A stretch of 64,000 nucleotides of DNA. Origin: Clostridia bacterium. GTDB taxonomy: Bacteria > Bacillota > Clostridia > Oscillospirales > CAG-272. The notes under the pieces are model-generated. The model worked only from the letters and a program-made list of their open reading frames with translations. It was not told where the DNA came from and made no database searches. Within the stretch, counting starts at the first letter, position 1. Every line of letters begins with the position of its first letter. The position numbers and the translations under genes are program-made. The stretch lies in contig JAFVUB010000003.1 of NCBI GenBank assembly GCA_017502915.1, positions 118,506 to 182,505 of the forward strand, written 5' to 3'. This document shows positions 27,442-37,942 of the stretch, one piece after another.

Positions 27442-28827
27442 ATGAAAGCTCAAAAAAGCGTTTATATCTGCTCCGAATGTGAATATACGAGTCCGAAATG
27501 GTTGGGTAAATGTCCCTCTTGCGGCGCGTGGAACACCTTTGACGAGCAGGTGCTTGCCCCCGCCGCTACCGCGGCGAAGAACCCCCGTGCCGCCCACCGT
27601 GACACAGGACACGCCGTTCGCTTCAGCGAGCTCGATTCTCCCGAATATATGCGCTCGTCCACCGGACTTTCCGAGCTTGACCGAGTTCTCGGCGGCGGTA
27701 TCGTTTCGGGGTCTGTCGTACTGCTCTCAGGTGAGCCCGGCATCGGTAAGTCGACCCTGCTTATGCAGATCTCCGATTCCTTGGGAGACGGCAAGCGAGT
27801 TTTGTACGTCTCGGGCGAGGAGTCGGGCGGACAGCTCAAGCTCCGCGCCGAAAGACTCGGCATCGGCGGGGATAATCTTCACATTCTGACCGAGACAAAC
27901 ATTGAAAGCATACTCGACGAAGCATCAAAGCTGAAACCCGACATAATAATCGCCGATTCTATACAAACGATATACAGCGACGGCTCTGCGTCCTCTCCCG
28001 GAAGCGTCACGCAGGTTCGCGAGTGCGCCTTCGCCTTTATCGAAAGGGCAAAATCGCAGGGCATCTCGGTGCTGTTGGTCGGTCACGTCAACAAAGAGGG
28101 CGGTATTGCGGGACCGAAGGTGCTTGAGCATATGGTTGACGCCGTGCTTTACTTTGAGGGTGATCGCCGCCAATCCTACCGCATAATCCGCGCGGTAAAG
28201 AACCGTTACGGCTCGACCAACGAGATCGGCGTTTTTGAGATGACCGACAGGGGCTTGCTTGAAGTACCAAACCCCTCTGAAATGCTGCTCGCAGGTCGCC
28301 CCAAGAACGTTTCGGGCAACTGCGCCGTTTGTACTGTTGAGGGCACGCGACCCATGATCGCCGAGATACAGGCGCTAGTTTCTCAAAGTCCCTACCCCGC
28401 CCCCAGACGTACCGCTAACGGTCTTGACTACAACCGCATGTGCCTCATCCTTGCAGTGCTTGAAAAGAGACTCGGTCTTCGTTTCTCGGCGGCAGACGTT
28501 TATATGAACGTCATAGGAGGACTTCACCTCGACGAGCCCGCCGTTGACCTTGCAGCCGCGCTCTCTCTCATTTCGAGCCTTACGAACAAGGTCGTTCCCG
28601 ACGAGCTGATCGCCATTGGAGAGCTTGGTCTTTCGGGCGAGTGCCGTGCCGTATCCGATCTTGAGAACCGCGTTCGCGAGGCGGCTCGCCTCGGATTCAC
28701 GACGGCGATAGTTCCCTATCGCAATCTTGAAAAGCGCAAGCTCGAGCTTGACGGCATCAAGCTCATTCCGATAAAAACCGTTTACGAAGCCCTCAAGGTG
28801 CTTCGCGAAGAAAGACCCAACGAATAA
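27442..28827 (+). CDS. radA: DNA repair protein RadA/Sms
   Basis: C4 zinc finger, GEPGIGKS, KNRYG. Confidence 0.97.
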   Translation: MKAQKSVYICSECEYTSPKWLGKCPSCGAWNTFDEQVLAPAATAAKNPRAAHRDTGHAVRFSELDSPEYMRSSTGLSELDRVLGGGIVSGSVVLLSGEPGIGKSTLLMQISDSLGDGKRVLYVSGEESGGQLKLRAERLGIGGDNLHILTETNIESILDEASKLKPDIIIADSIQTIYSDGSASSPGSVTQVRECAFAFIERAKSQGISVLLVGHVNKEGGIAGPKVLEHMVDAVLYFEGDRRQSYRIIRAVKNRYGSTNEIGVFEMTDRGLLEVPNPSEMLLAGRPKNVSGNCAVCTVEGTRPMIAEIQALVSQSPYPAPRRTANGLDYNRMCLILAVLEKRLGLRFSAADVYMNVIGGLHLDEPAVDLAAALSLISSLTNKVVPDELIAIGELGLSGECRAVSDLENRVREAARLGFTTAIVPYRNLEKRKLELDGIKLIPIKTVYEALKVLREERPNE

Positions 28828-28872
28828 AAAAAGCCGTACAGAATCGAGATTCTGTACGGCTTTTTTTAGCAT

Positions 28873-30624
28873 TTAAGACTGAAATACGTTATAAAGCGAA
28901 TAGAAATATCCCTTTTGCTCCATAAGGTCGTTGAAGTGTCCCTGCTCTACGATGCGTCCACCCTGAATGACGATTATCTCGTCGTAGCGCAGAAGCAACG
29001 ATTCCTCGAGCCCGTGAGTGACGATTATCCGGGTCAAGCCGTCGATGCCAAGTATCTCGTTGGTTACCGAGAAGGCAGTTTCGGAGTCAAGTGCCGCAGT
29101 GGCTTCGTCCATAAGCAGAACGGGCGTTTCGCGAACGAGGCAACGTGCGATCGAAACTCTCTGCTTCTCGCCTCCCGAGAGATGCTTTCCGCATTCTCCG
29201 CAGGGATAGTCGTCTCCCTTTTCGGCAATAAGGCTCGAAAGTCCCGCGCGTTCTATAGCGCTCTTCAGCTTATCGGCGTCAAAATCACGGAACATCGTGA
29301 TGTTGTTCTGTATCGTACTGTCAAAGAGGAAAACGTCCTGCTGAATGACCGAAACGTGCTCGTAAAGGCTGTCAAGACTGAGATTTTTGATCTCCTTACC
29401 GTCGATCGTTATAGATCCATCGTAGTTCGGCATATGACCGAGGATCAGCTTTAGCAGAGTGGATTTTCCGCTACCCGAGCTGCCGACGATGGCATAGCTC
29501 TTGCCCTTTTCAAACTTTATGTTGATATTTTTAAGTATGTTCTTGGTATCGTCCTCGTATCCGAAGTTGACGTTCTTAAACTCAATACCGCCGTCAACAC
29601 CGGTGAGCTCTTCCTTCTCGGTCTCAACGTAGGTGGGGTCCTCCTCGATCGCTTCGGAGATGCGGTCGATAAGCGCCTGTGCCGCGCGACGGTTCGATAT
29701 ACCCGATCCGATCTTACGAACCGGAACGAGCATATAGTTGAGCAGCTGAATAAAGACCATCAGAAGTGCCGCGCCCGTTCCGGCGTCGTCACCAAATCCG
29801 ATTCCGAGAGCGAAGACTGCCGAGAACAGTATACTGTTAAGAAGAAGTCCGGCAAGGTCACCAAAAATAGTTACCGTTTCGGAGGTTGCGCGACGGCTCT
29901 GCTTGGTTGATTCAAGTTCAACGTTTCTCTCGTTGAATATCTGAAGAACCTCTTTTTCGGCGCGGAAGCTCTTGATAACGATAAAGCCGTTGAGCAGGTC
30001 CTTGACCTGATCAATAAAGCCCATATTTTCGTTTGCCGTTTTGCTCTCTTTCTTAACAAGGCGTCTTCCGTACTTCATGGAAAGGAAGGAGCAGACCATA
30101 GCGGCAACTATCATAGCAAGACCTATGCGCCAATCAAAGAACAGCATTGCAATGCCCGATGCCACGAAGGTGAAGACAGAGCCCATAATGTCGATCGAGC
30201 CGACCAAATAGTTAAGCTCGATCGAGTTTAAGTCGTTCGAAAACGCCGAGATGAACTTTGCCGAGCTTTCTCTGCGATATTCGGAAATGCTCTTTGAAAG
30301 TATCTTACTGAAAACGTATCCCTTGAACTGCGAAAGCGCCGTTTTCAGATACTTATTCATAAAGCTGCGCTTTATTATCTTACAAAGCACGTACAATGCG
30401 CAGAAAACTCCGCCGGCGATCGTTCCGATGAACAGCGTCTGGTTATCTCCCGTAGTTGCTGCAACAAAGAAGAAATACAGCATAATGGCAAGTGCCACGT
30501 CCATACAAGCCGAGATGACCAGCGAGAGCAGAGTCATCGAATAATTGAATTTATTATTTTTCAGGAACTGCTTTTCGCATTCCGTCTTAACTCTTATTTT
30601 CATTTTGTCCTTTTCCCATTCCAA
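28873..30624 (-). CDS. ABC exporter, fused permease and ATPase
   Basis: 6-TM N-domain, GSSGSGKS, LSGGEKQR, DEATAALD; alternative start 30603. Confidence 0.9.
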   Translation of the reverse strand: MEWEKDKMKIRVKTECEKQFLKNNKFNYSMTLLSLVISACMDVALAIMLYFFFVAATTGDNQTLFIGTIAGGVFCALYVLCKIIKRSFMNKYLKTALSQFKGYVFSKILSKSISEYRRESSAKFISAFSNDLNSIELNYLVGSIDIMGSVFTFVASGIAMLFFDWRIGLAMIVAAMVCSFLSMKYGRRLVKKESKTANENMGFIDQVKDLLNGFIVIKSFRAEKEVLQIFNERNVELESTKQSRRATSETVTIFGDLAGLLLNSILFSAVFALGIGFGDDAGTGAALLMVFIQLLNYMLVPVRKIGSGISNRRAAQALIDRISEAIEEDPTYVETEKEELTGVDGGIEFKNVNFGYEDDTKNILKNINIKFEKGKSYAIVGSSGSGKSTLLKLILGHMPNYDGSITIDGKEIKNLSLDSLYEHVSVIQQDVFLFDSTIQNNITMFRDFDADKLKSAIERAGLSSLIAEKGDDYPCGECGKHLSGGEKQRVSIARCLVRETPVLLMDEATAALDSETAFSVTNEILGIDGLTRIIVTHGLEESLLLRYDEIIVIQGGRIVEQGHFNDLMEQKGYFYSLYNVFQS

Positions 30625-30849
30625 ATACTCCTCAATTCGAGGGTTGAAGTTATCGTCAAACCGACGCTCGTCTGCCGAGACGTCATCATTTTCCGATAGG
30701 AAACCTTTAAAACTTTATGCTTAGTCTACAAACTTATATTCATTATACTATCATTTCGTCATTTTGTCAAGTGAAACATTAATTACCTAAGAAGGTTTTC
30801 CTTGCGCGCAACAAAAAAACTATCCGATCTGCTTGATCGGATAGTTTTT

Positions 30850-31143
30850 TTATTTTTTGAGAGCCTGATCGAGCCAAACACAACCGAGCGTGAACGCTTC
30901 GTAAAGCCCTTCCTTTGAGCCCTGCTTTATGATCTTTCCGGGATCCTTCGAATCGATGATCTGGATAAGGATCTTATCGGGAACTTCGTTCGCGTCGACC
31001 TTTTTATACGACATTATCTCAAGTATCAAAATGCACTTTTCATTCATGTCGCCGTAACAGATAGTATCTCCCTCGCGGACCAGCGGCTTACCCTTATATT
31101 CAAGATATTTGCCCTCAACGAGAGCTCTTTCGTCTATTGCCAT
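30850..31143 (-). CDS. Conserved hypothetical protein
   Basis: YKGKPLVR...YGDM; RBS AGAGG; own terminator. Confidence 0.75.
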   Translation of the reverse strand: MAIDERALVEGKYLEYKGKPLVREGDTICYGDMNEKCILILEIMSYKKVDANEVPDKILIQIIDSKDPGKIIKQGSKEGLYEAFTLGCVWLDQALKK

Positions 31144-31195
31144 ATCAAAACACCTCTTTACTTTTTATATAGTTTACCACAAACTCTCAAATAAG

Positions 31196-32383
31196 TCAAT
31201 CACTTTCCGAAATTTTGGGAGAGCATCTGAAAAACGCATCTGCAGCAATCTGTTTCGGCAGCGTTTGAACAAAAAGCGAATCCAGCTTTTCGGAGAGCTG
31301 TCTTTGACGGCAGGCGGGGGCATCTGCCGGCTTTGTTACGATTTTTATTCCGCAATTCCTTCGGCTCGACAAAAACTCTCTACCCCGTCGGTTCGCCGCC
31401 AACAGTGTGGTATAGCTCGGCGTTGAACGAAGATCGTCGGGCGTTACACCAAGCAGGCAGAAGAGCATCGCTCGGCGAAGCCGAGCATCTGTATATCTCT
31501 TGGTTGCGGTACGCGAGAGCATCTCGTCAACGCTGACCGACTCTCTTGCGGCAGACGAAAGCCTTGCTGCAACTCCGCCTCCCGCCTCGGCAAAGCCTTC
31601 GAGCTCGCCCGGCTCGCAAAGCCTGAAAAAGGACAGGATCGCCGCGTCAAGCCTTGATGCGTCGGCAGGAAATACGCCCTGCTCCGCCGCGCGTCGGTAC
31701 ACCTGAGCCGAGCCCTTAGGCATAAAGGAGAACGCTCTTTCAAAATCCTTTTCGGCAAGAGCCCGTCTTATTGCGGTTGCAGACGGGAACTCGTTTTCGG
31801 TCAATTGGGTTTCCGAAAAACCGCTTCCAACCCGTTTGGTAGTCGTAAGCTGTATCTCGGATTGCGATCGCATTGCCGCCTTAATATAGTTAAGTGCCAA
31901 TATATCGTTAGGTCCGCCGGTCAGCGCTCTGCCTGCTATAGCGAGATAGGTCTCGGCGTAGGCTCGTGCCGTACCACAGGACGAGTCTTTATCAAGTCGA
32001 GCAACGTATTGTGCTTCAAACGACGGATCGAGCAAGATCTCGGCAGCCCGACACAGCTCTTCGATATCTCCCGACTCACTGCCGAAATTCAGCTCGTCGA
32101 TCTCAAGCGCGTCAAGCAGACAAACCGACGCCGCGGCAAAAAACTCCGCCGAGCCCGACGAATACGGGAACGGAAGCTCAAGCACGGCATCGGCTCCCGA
32201 GGCGAGCGCGGCTTCGGCTCTCGTATATTTATCGGCGACGGCAAACCCGCCGCGCTGAGTTGCATTTCCGCTCATAAGGCAGACGACCGCAGCGCTATCA
32301 TCCCGTTCACGAACTATTTTTATCTGGCGCTCGTGCCCGAGGTGAAAGGGATCGTATTCGCAAATTATTCCAACGCTCTTCAC
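31196..32383 (-). CDS. tmcAL: tRNA(Met) cytidine acetate ligase TmcAL
   Basis: GIICEYDPFHLGH, MSGNATQRG, PNDILA, SATAIR; GTG start. Confidence 0.9.
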   Translation of the reverse strand: MKSVGIICEYDPFHLGHERQIKIVRERDDSAAVVCLMSGNATQRGGFAVADKYTRAEAALASGADAVLELPFPYSSGSAEFFAAASVCLLDALEIDELNFGSESGDIEELCRAAEILLDPSFEAQYVARLDKDSSCGTARAYAETYLAIAGRALTGGPNDILALNYIKAAMRSQSEIQLTTTKRVGSGFSETQLTENEFPSATAIRRALAEKDFERAFSFMPKGSAQVYRRAAEQGVFPADASRLDAAILSFFRLCEPGELEGFAEAGGGVAARLSSAARESVSVDEMLSRTATKRYTDARLRRAMLFCLLGVTPDDLRSTPSYTTLLAANRRGREFLSSRRNCGIKIVTKPADAPACRQRQLSEKLDSLFVQTLPKQIAADAFFRCSPKISESD

Positions 32384-32537
32384 TTGGTCGTCTCCTTTCG
32401 TTGCTTTTCTATATTGTACCACAAAATTATAAATATTGCAACCGCAATAATCTGTCACATTCCGACCTCCCTCGTCATATTATGCTATCGAGAAGCGCAA
32501 AGAACGGCTTCTTGACTGCATGAAGGGAGGATTTACC

Positions 32538-32633
32538 ATGAACGGAAATTGCCTTTGCAATATCTTCGATAACGACAACATCATCTGGTTGGTCATCATC
32601 GCACTTCTGATCTGGTGCTGCAGCTGCAACTAA
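32538..32633 (+). CDS. Small Cys-rich hydrophobic peptide (31 aa), probable sporulation protein
   Basis: MNGNCLCNIFDNDNIIWLVIIALLIWCCSCN; RBS GGGAGG; SigK-like promoter upstream; hairpin downstream. Confidence 0.75.
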   Translation: MNGNCLCNIFDNDNIIWLVIIALLIWCCSCN

Positions 32634-32701
32634 CGCCTTGCCGCGTTAACGCACCACCGACGGAAAGGGGCTGTGGGGGTTTCCCACAGCCCTGATATTT
32701 T

Positions 32702-33550
32702 TTATTTTCTGTTGTTCTCGGCAGCGTAAAGGGTGTTTCTCATGAGCATCGTGATGGTCATGGGGCCGACTCCTCCCGGAACGGGGGTTATATACGAGCA
32801 CTTTGGGGCAACCTCGTCAAAGGCTACGTCGCCGCAAAGCTTTCCGTCTGCATTTCTGTTCATACCGACGTCGATAACAACGGCGCCCTCCGAAACCATA
32901 TCTGCAGTTACGAAATCTGCCTTACCGACCGCGCTGACGAGTATTTCAGCCGAACGGGTCACCTCTGCGAGGTTGCGAGTCTTACTGTGGCAGACTGTAA
33001 CGGTTCCTCCGGCGTTGAGCAACAGCATAGCCATAGGCTTTCCAACGATATTGGAGCGTCCTATAACAACGCATTTCTTGCCCTCGATCTCAATTCCGCT
33101 GCGAGTGATCAGCTCCATAACGCCTGCCGGCGTGCAGGGCAAAAAGCCGTAATCTCCGGTCGAGATCCTTCCGACATTATAGGGATGGAAGGCGTCAACG
33201 TCCTTATCGGGCGAGATGCGAAGCAAGAGCGGCTTGGCATCAAGACCCTTCGGAAGCGGAAGCTGAACGAGTATTCCGTCCACCTTTTCATCGGCGTTAA
33301 GACGGTCTATGACCGCTTCAAGCTCCTCTTGCTTGGTGTCTGCCGGGAGTCTTATGACTTCAGAGGCAAATCCCAGCTCGTCGCAGGCGCGAGCCTTGTT
33401 TCTAACGTATATTGCCGACGCGGGATCGTCGCCCACGATTATTACCGTCAGTCCCGGAACTATTCCGCGCTCGGACTTCAGGGCGTTTGTTCTTTCTGTC
33501 AGCTCGGCTCTGATCTGCGCCGATATTGCTTTTCCGTCAATCAACTTCAT
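32702..33550 (-). CDS. folD: Methylenetetrahydrofolate dehydrogenase/cyclohydrolase
   Basis: MKLIDGK, KDVDAFHP, GRSNIVGKP, TPVPGGVGPMT. Confidence 0.97.
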   Translation of the reverse strand: MKLIDGKAISAQIRAELTERTNALKSERGIVPGLTVIIVGDDPASAIYVRNKARACDELGFASEVIRLPADTKQEELEAVIDRLNADEKVDGILVQLPLPKGLDAKPLLLRISPDKDVDAFHPYNVGRISTGDYGFLPCTPAGVMELITRSGIEIEGKKCVVIGRSNIVGKPMAMLLLNAGGTVTVCHSKTRNLAEVTRSAEILVSAVGKADFVTADMVSEGAVVIDVGMNRNADGKLCGDVAFDEVAPKCSYITPVPGGVGPMTITMLMRNTLYAAENNRK

Positions 33551-34667
33551 CGTTCTTTTCCTCCTCGACCTTCTCTTCTTCGGTCTCTTCTGTTTTTTGC
33601 GCTTCGGCACCGTCGATCTCCTCGGTCGTCGAGCTTGCGGTTCTAAAAAGCGGATAAACGCTTTCGTAGCTCTCGGTCGCAAGTCTTGCCTTTTTACCTC
33701 TGATCGAGAACCAAATGAACATCGCAGTTCCCGCAAAGAAGCAGAGCGCGCCGACCAGCGACGAAATGCGGATAGTTCCCGTCAGATACAGACTATCCTG
33801 GCGGAGCAGCTCGATAAACGTGCGCCCAAATCCGTACCACGCGATATAGGCGAAAAACACCTGTCCGTCAAACTTCTTCTTTCTGACGAAGAATACGTTT
33901 ATCAAAACGAATCCTATAAGATTCCATAGAGACTCGTAAAGGAAGGTCGGGTGAACGTAGATGATACCCGATTTTCCCAACTGCCTTGTGGCATCGCTGT
34001 AAACGCCCATTCTGATGAAATAGAGCGGGTCTCCATCTCGAAGCTCGTATCCAAAAGCTTCGCCGTTCATAAAATTACCCCAGCGTCCGATGATCTGACC
34101 GATCATAACGGCGGGCGCTATGGTGTCGTACGCCTTAAGTATCTTGATCTTTTTGATGAGGCACACGATGGCGATCGCGGCAGCTCCGCCGATTATTGCA
34201 CCGTAGATGGCGATTCCGCCCTCCCATATCTTGAAAACGTCCCAGAATCTGTCCTTATACTTATCAAGCGAGGTAAGGACGTAGTAAAGTCTTGCGCCGA
34301 CAACGGCGCAAATTACCGCCCAGATGCCCATATCGAGCAGATCGTCCACCTTTATTCCCTCTCGCTTCGAAACGAAATAAGAATACAAGAACGCGAGAAC
34401 GATGCCGAGCGTGATCAGTATTCCGTACCAATAAACGGTGACGCCTCCGATCCGTATTGCCTCACTGTTTATCATAGACGCTCCGATCCCGAGCCCCGGG
34501 AAGGAAACGAGGATATATTCTCCCGTTCCGGTTGCGTTCTGCTTATCTATTGCCTGCTTTAAGTCGTAGTCGCTGTAGCTACTGTCGATCACGCAGGAGG
34601 TAACGGAAAGCACGATCAGTATCACGCAAAAGATCGCGCAAAGCAATTTAAGTGATTTTGTTTTCAT
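33537..34667 (-). CDS. lgt: Prolipoprotein diacylglyceryl transferase with N-terminal lipoprotein-signal extension
   Basis: YWYG, GARLYY, GQIIGRWGNF, HPTFLYES; N-terminal VTSC lipobox. Confidence 0.93.
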   Translation of the reverse strand: MKTKSLKLLCAIFCVILIVLSVTSCVIDSSYSDYDLKQAIDKQNATGTGEYILVSFPGLGIGASMINSEAIRIGGVTVYWYGILITLGIVLAFLYSYFVSKREGIKVDDLLDMGIWAVICAVVGARLYYVLTSLDKYKDRFWDVFKIWEGGIAIYGAIIGGAAAIAIVCLIKKIKILKAYDTIAPAVMIGQIIGRWGNFMNGEAFGYELRDGDPLYFIRMGVYSDATRQLGKSGIIYVHPTFLYESLWNLIGFVLINVFFVRKKKFDGQVFFAYIAWYGFGRTFIELLRQDSLYLTGTIRISSLVGALCFFAGTAMFIWFSIRGKKARLATESYESVYPLFRTASSTTEEIDGAEAQKTEETEEEKVEEEKNDEVD

Positions 34668-34683
34668 GGCTTTTCCCTTTCTT

Positions 34684-35967
34684 TCAAGACATAGGCAGCA
34701 GCAGAGACAAGGCTATCTTATCCGGGTCTCCAAAAACTGCCGCAGCGGTGTCTGCAGTTTCCTCAAAGCTTATACTTTCTATAATATCCGGCACGACAAA
34801 CGGGTCGGTGTTTGAGCTGACGTATGAGTACATAATATCGTCGGCAATAACGGCGCTTGAATCGAATGCTCGGTAATATGACGCCAGAAGGCTTCGGCGG
34901 CAACGGACAAAGTCATCTCTCGAAAGCTTCCCGAGAGATGCATCCCTCATCTCGTTGCGAAGTCTTTCGGCAACCGTGTCGGGCTCGTCCGAGCTTCCCG
35001 AAAAGTAATTCATAGAGCCCAGTCTGCCGGACGAATATCCAAACGAAAACGATGGCGTTATAAGCCTTTCGTCGATCAATCGGTTGTAAAGCTCACTCGT
35101 TCCCGAAAACAGCATATTGTTCAGAACCGTCATAACGAGCGAACGGCGAACGCTCTCTGTTCCCGTGGGAACGATCTTATCCTTAACTCCCATAAAGAAT
35201 ATCGGGCGTGCAACGTTCATTCTCTGCTCAACACGTTGAGTTATAACTCGGTCGGGCTCGCTGAAGGGTATCCCGCTTGCACATACGGGAAAGCTTTTTC
35301 CGCCGAGCTCGCGGTCAACCGTTCTTAGTATCTGATCCGGAGTTACGTCTCCGCAGACCGAAAGTATCATATTCTGCGGATGATAGAACGCCGAATAGGC
35401 TTGATACAAAACGTCAGCGTTTATTTTTGCTATCGACTCGGCACTGCCGCAAATGCTCTCGCGTATACCGCTTTGAGAGTACATCGCACCAAGGCAGCTC
35501 TCCATGACCCGTTCGTATGGGTCGTCGTCGTACATAGCGATCTCCTGCTCGATGATCCCCTTCTCCTTTTGCACGCTTTCCTTGGTGAAATAGGGGTTGA
35601 AAACCATACTCAACAGCTCGGCAAGGCACTCGTCAAAGCACTTGGTTGCCGAGAACAGATATCTCGTGGTAGCGTAGGAGGTATAGGCGTTTGCCTCGGC
35701 GCCCATCGCCGAAAAGCGCTCCTCGGAATTGGTTCCGTCCTCGCTGTCAAAAAGCTTATGCTCAAGAAAATGTGCCGTTCCCGTCGGAAGCATGACCTTT
35801 TTTCCGTTTTGAACGAAGGAAAGGTCGCCCGAGCCAAAATCAACGCCTAAAATGGCGTGAAAGGTTGTCAGCTTTTTGGGGAAGACGAGCACGGTCAAGC
35901 CGCTTTCGTGCTTGATCTTATAGTATCTTTCACGCAAGCGCGTACTGACGTGAGCGGCGTTATTCAT
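34684..35967 (-). CDS. M16 peptidase, YmfH-like (active HxxEH)
   Basis: GTAHFLEHKLF, NAYTS, EKGIIEQEI. Confidence 0.9.
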   Translation of the reverse strand: MNNAAHVSTRLRERYYKIKHESGLTVLVFPKKLTTFHAILGVDFGSGDLSFVQNGKKVMLPTGTAHFLEHKLFDSEDGTNSEERFSAMGAEANAYTSYATTRYLFSATKCFDECLAELLSMVFNPYFTKESVQKEKGIIEQEIAMYDDDPYERVMESCLGAMYSQSGIRESICGSAESIAKINADVLYQAYSAFYHPQNMILSVCGDVTPDQILRTVDRELGGKSFPVCASGIPFSEPDRVITQRVEQRMNVARPIFFMGVKDKIVPTGTESVRRSLVMTVLNNMLFSGTSELYNRLIDERLITPSFSFGYSSGRLGSMNYFSGSSDEPDTVAERLRNEMRDASLGKLSRDDFVRCRRSLLASYYRAFDSSAVIADDIMYSYVSSNTDPFVVPDIIESISFEETADTAAAVFGDPDKIALSLLLPMS

Positions 35968-37255
35968 AATCGTCCTCCTCGCCGTCTGCAAGCGTGCCCT
36001 TCAAAAAATAAACGGTGTCAAGCGTGATCCTGCGCGCCGCCTCGGCTATCTGCTCTCGCGTTACCGACAGAACTCCCCGACGGTACTCCTCAATGGTTCG
36101 AGGTCCGCCGAAAAGCCTTTCGATGCGGGCAAAATCCTCGTAATCGCTGGGATGATCCTCTGCGGCGCGGCAATCGTTTTCTATTGACTCGCGGGCAGCT
36201 TCAAGCTCAGCGTCGGTTATATTCCCTCGCCTTATCTCGTCAAGCTGGCGAAGTATCTCCTCAACGGCGGCGGTGCGGTCATCGTTATCAATACCTGCGC
36301 CGACGACGATAACTCCACGCTCCTCGTCATAGCTCGACGCGCAAAAATAGCAAAGCGATTTCTTCTCACGAACGTTGGCAAAAAGCTTGGACGACGTGCC
36401 GTCACCAAAAATATGGTTCATAAGCTCGACAGCGTAAAACTCCGGGTCGTCCAACACGACGCCGGTTCTGAATCCCATCAAAAGATTTCCCTGACGGTAT
36501 ACTCCGCTCTCCTCGATCTCTTTGACCGAATCGGCACGGCGCTTGACGAACTGCTCACGCGTATCGCTTGCCTGTTCAAAGCAAGCTCCAAAGCTCTCTT
36601 TTATGAGAGAAGCTATCCTTTCGGCGTCCTCGGTTCCGCAATAGAAAAATTCGGCTCGGGACACACGGCAAAGCTCCTCACGTCCTGCAACGAGGTCTTC
36701 ACGGCATATGCTTTCGAGTTGGCCGAGCTCACCGTTGAGAGTTTGTTCGCTCGGCTCACCTTCAAACATTTTCTTATTAAAACGAAGCTTGGCATACCCA
36801 AAGGCGTTGTTCTTTCTCGCCTTTATTCGGTTCATTCGGTTTATCTTTTCGGTCTCAACGTCGCTCTCTCGGTAAAGGGGGCGCAGAACTATCTCGGAAA
36901 ACAGCTCGAAAACACCCGAAAGGATCGAAAAATCGTTCTTGCGATCCTCTTCTGTCATATAATCCTCACCGAGCATAGTCGCCGTCAGTCCGAGTATCTG
37001 CAGGTCTCCCCGCATAAGATTGAAATCCGAGACGTCGACGGCGTAAAGCTCCTCGGCACGACTGCAGACCGATCGAAAATCGGGGTATCTTTCAGTCCCG
37101 AGAAAGCCGGTCGACATAAGCATCGAGCGCACCGGCGTCTTATCCCTGTCAAGCGGCAAAGTCAAGGACAGAGTCAACCTCGCGCTCTTGAAGCGCTCGG
37201 TCTTGATATGGACGAGAGAGAGACCGTTACCGATCTCGTATCTTTTACAGTTCAA
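35960..37255 (-). CDS. M16 peptidase-like partner subunit, YmfF-like (no HxxEH)
   Basis: SSKLFANVREKKSLCY; paired with the YmfH-like gene. Confidence 0.88.
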   Translation of the reverse strand: MNCKRYEIGNGLSLVHIKTERFKSARLTLSLTLPLDRDKTPVRSMLMSTGFLGTERYPDFRSVCSRAEELYAVDVSDFNLMRGDLQILGLTATMLGEDYMTEEDRKNDFSILSGVFELFSEIVLRPLYRESDVETEKINRMNRIKARKNNAFGYAKLRFNKKMFEGEPSEQTLNGELGQLESICREDLVAGREELCRVSRAEFFYCGTEDAERIASLIKESFGACFEQASDTREQFVKRRADSVKEIEESGVYRQGNLLMGFRTGVVLDDPEFYAVELMNHIFGDGTSSKLFANVREKKSLCYFCASSYDEERGVIVVGAGIDNDDRTAAVEEILRQLDEIRRGNITDAELEAARESIENDCRAAEDHPSDYEDFARIERLFGGPRTIEEYRRGVLSVTREQIAEAARRITLDTVYFLKGTLADGEEDDYE

Positions 37256-37258
37256 TTA

Positions 37259-37942
37259 TTACTCCGTATAGCTCGGCGCTTTTCCGAGCTGAACATAATA
37301 GAAATCTTTGAAGCGGGCGGCTATCTCACGAACGTCTCGCAAAAACTGACCGCCGTAGCTTCTCAGGTCTGACGGAACTCCGCAGACCCGAATGCCGTTT
37401 TTATCGGCAATATATATCGCGCGGCTGAGGTGATATTCCTGTGTTACCGCAACTATGCTTCTCATTTTGAAGACTTTTTTAGCACGAACGATACTGTCAT
37501 AGGTAGAAAGACCGTAGGGATCCTCGAGTATATCCTCACGCGGAACGCCCGCGTCGATCGCATACTGCACCATGACCGAGACCTCGTCGTAGTCGTCGTG
37601 TTCACCGTCTCCGCTCATAAGGATCTTGGGCGCAATACCGGCAAAATAGAGGTCGATACCCGTCTCAAGTCTGTCCTCGAGCATATCGCTGGGAACGCCG
37701 TCACGAACCTTAGCTCCGAAAACGACGATACAGTCGTACTTTCCCGACGGCGCGTCGGTTATCTTATCTGCCGAATAAGCCTTGACCGAGCAGCTGACGG
37801 CGAACACTCCGACAGCGAAAAGAAGCACCGCCGTGCAAAGCACCAGCGCCGTTCTTGTTAAAACGGTGACGACCGTCTCTCGGCTCGGCTTTTTGAAGCG
37901 CTCCCTTAGCAGTTCAACGAATTTAGACCAATATTCTTTCAT
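37259..37942 (-). CDS. SanA/YdcF (DUF218) protein
   Basis: VFGA, LEDRL, MSGD, GLSTYDS, VTQEYHLSRA. Confidence 0.9.
   Translation of the reverse strand: MKEYWSKFVELLRERFKKPSRETVVTVLTRTALVLCTAVLLFAVGVFAVSCSVKAYSADKITDAPSGKYDCIVVFGAKVRDGVPSDMLEDRLETGIDLYFAGIAPKILMSGDGEHDDYDEVSVMVQYAIDAGVPREDILEDPYGLSTYDSIVRAKKVFKMRSIVAVTQEYHLSRAIYIADKNGIRVCGVPSDLRSYGGQFLRDVREIAARFKDFYYVQLGKAPSYTE

Noticed and set aside
33551-33736. N-terminal extension of FolD
   Set aside because: Overlaps the lgt 3' end; the true start is MKLIDGK after GAGGA
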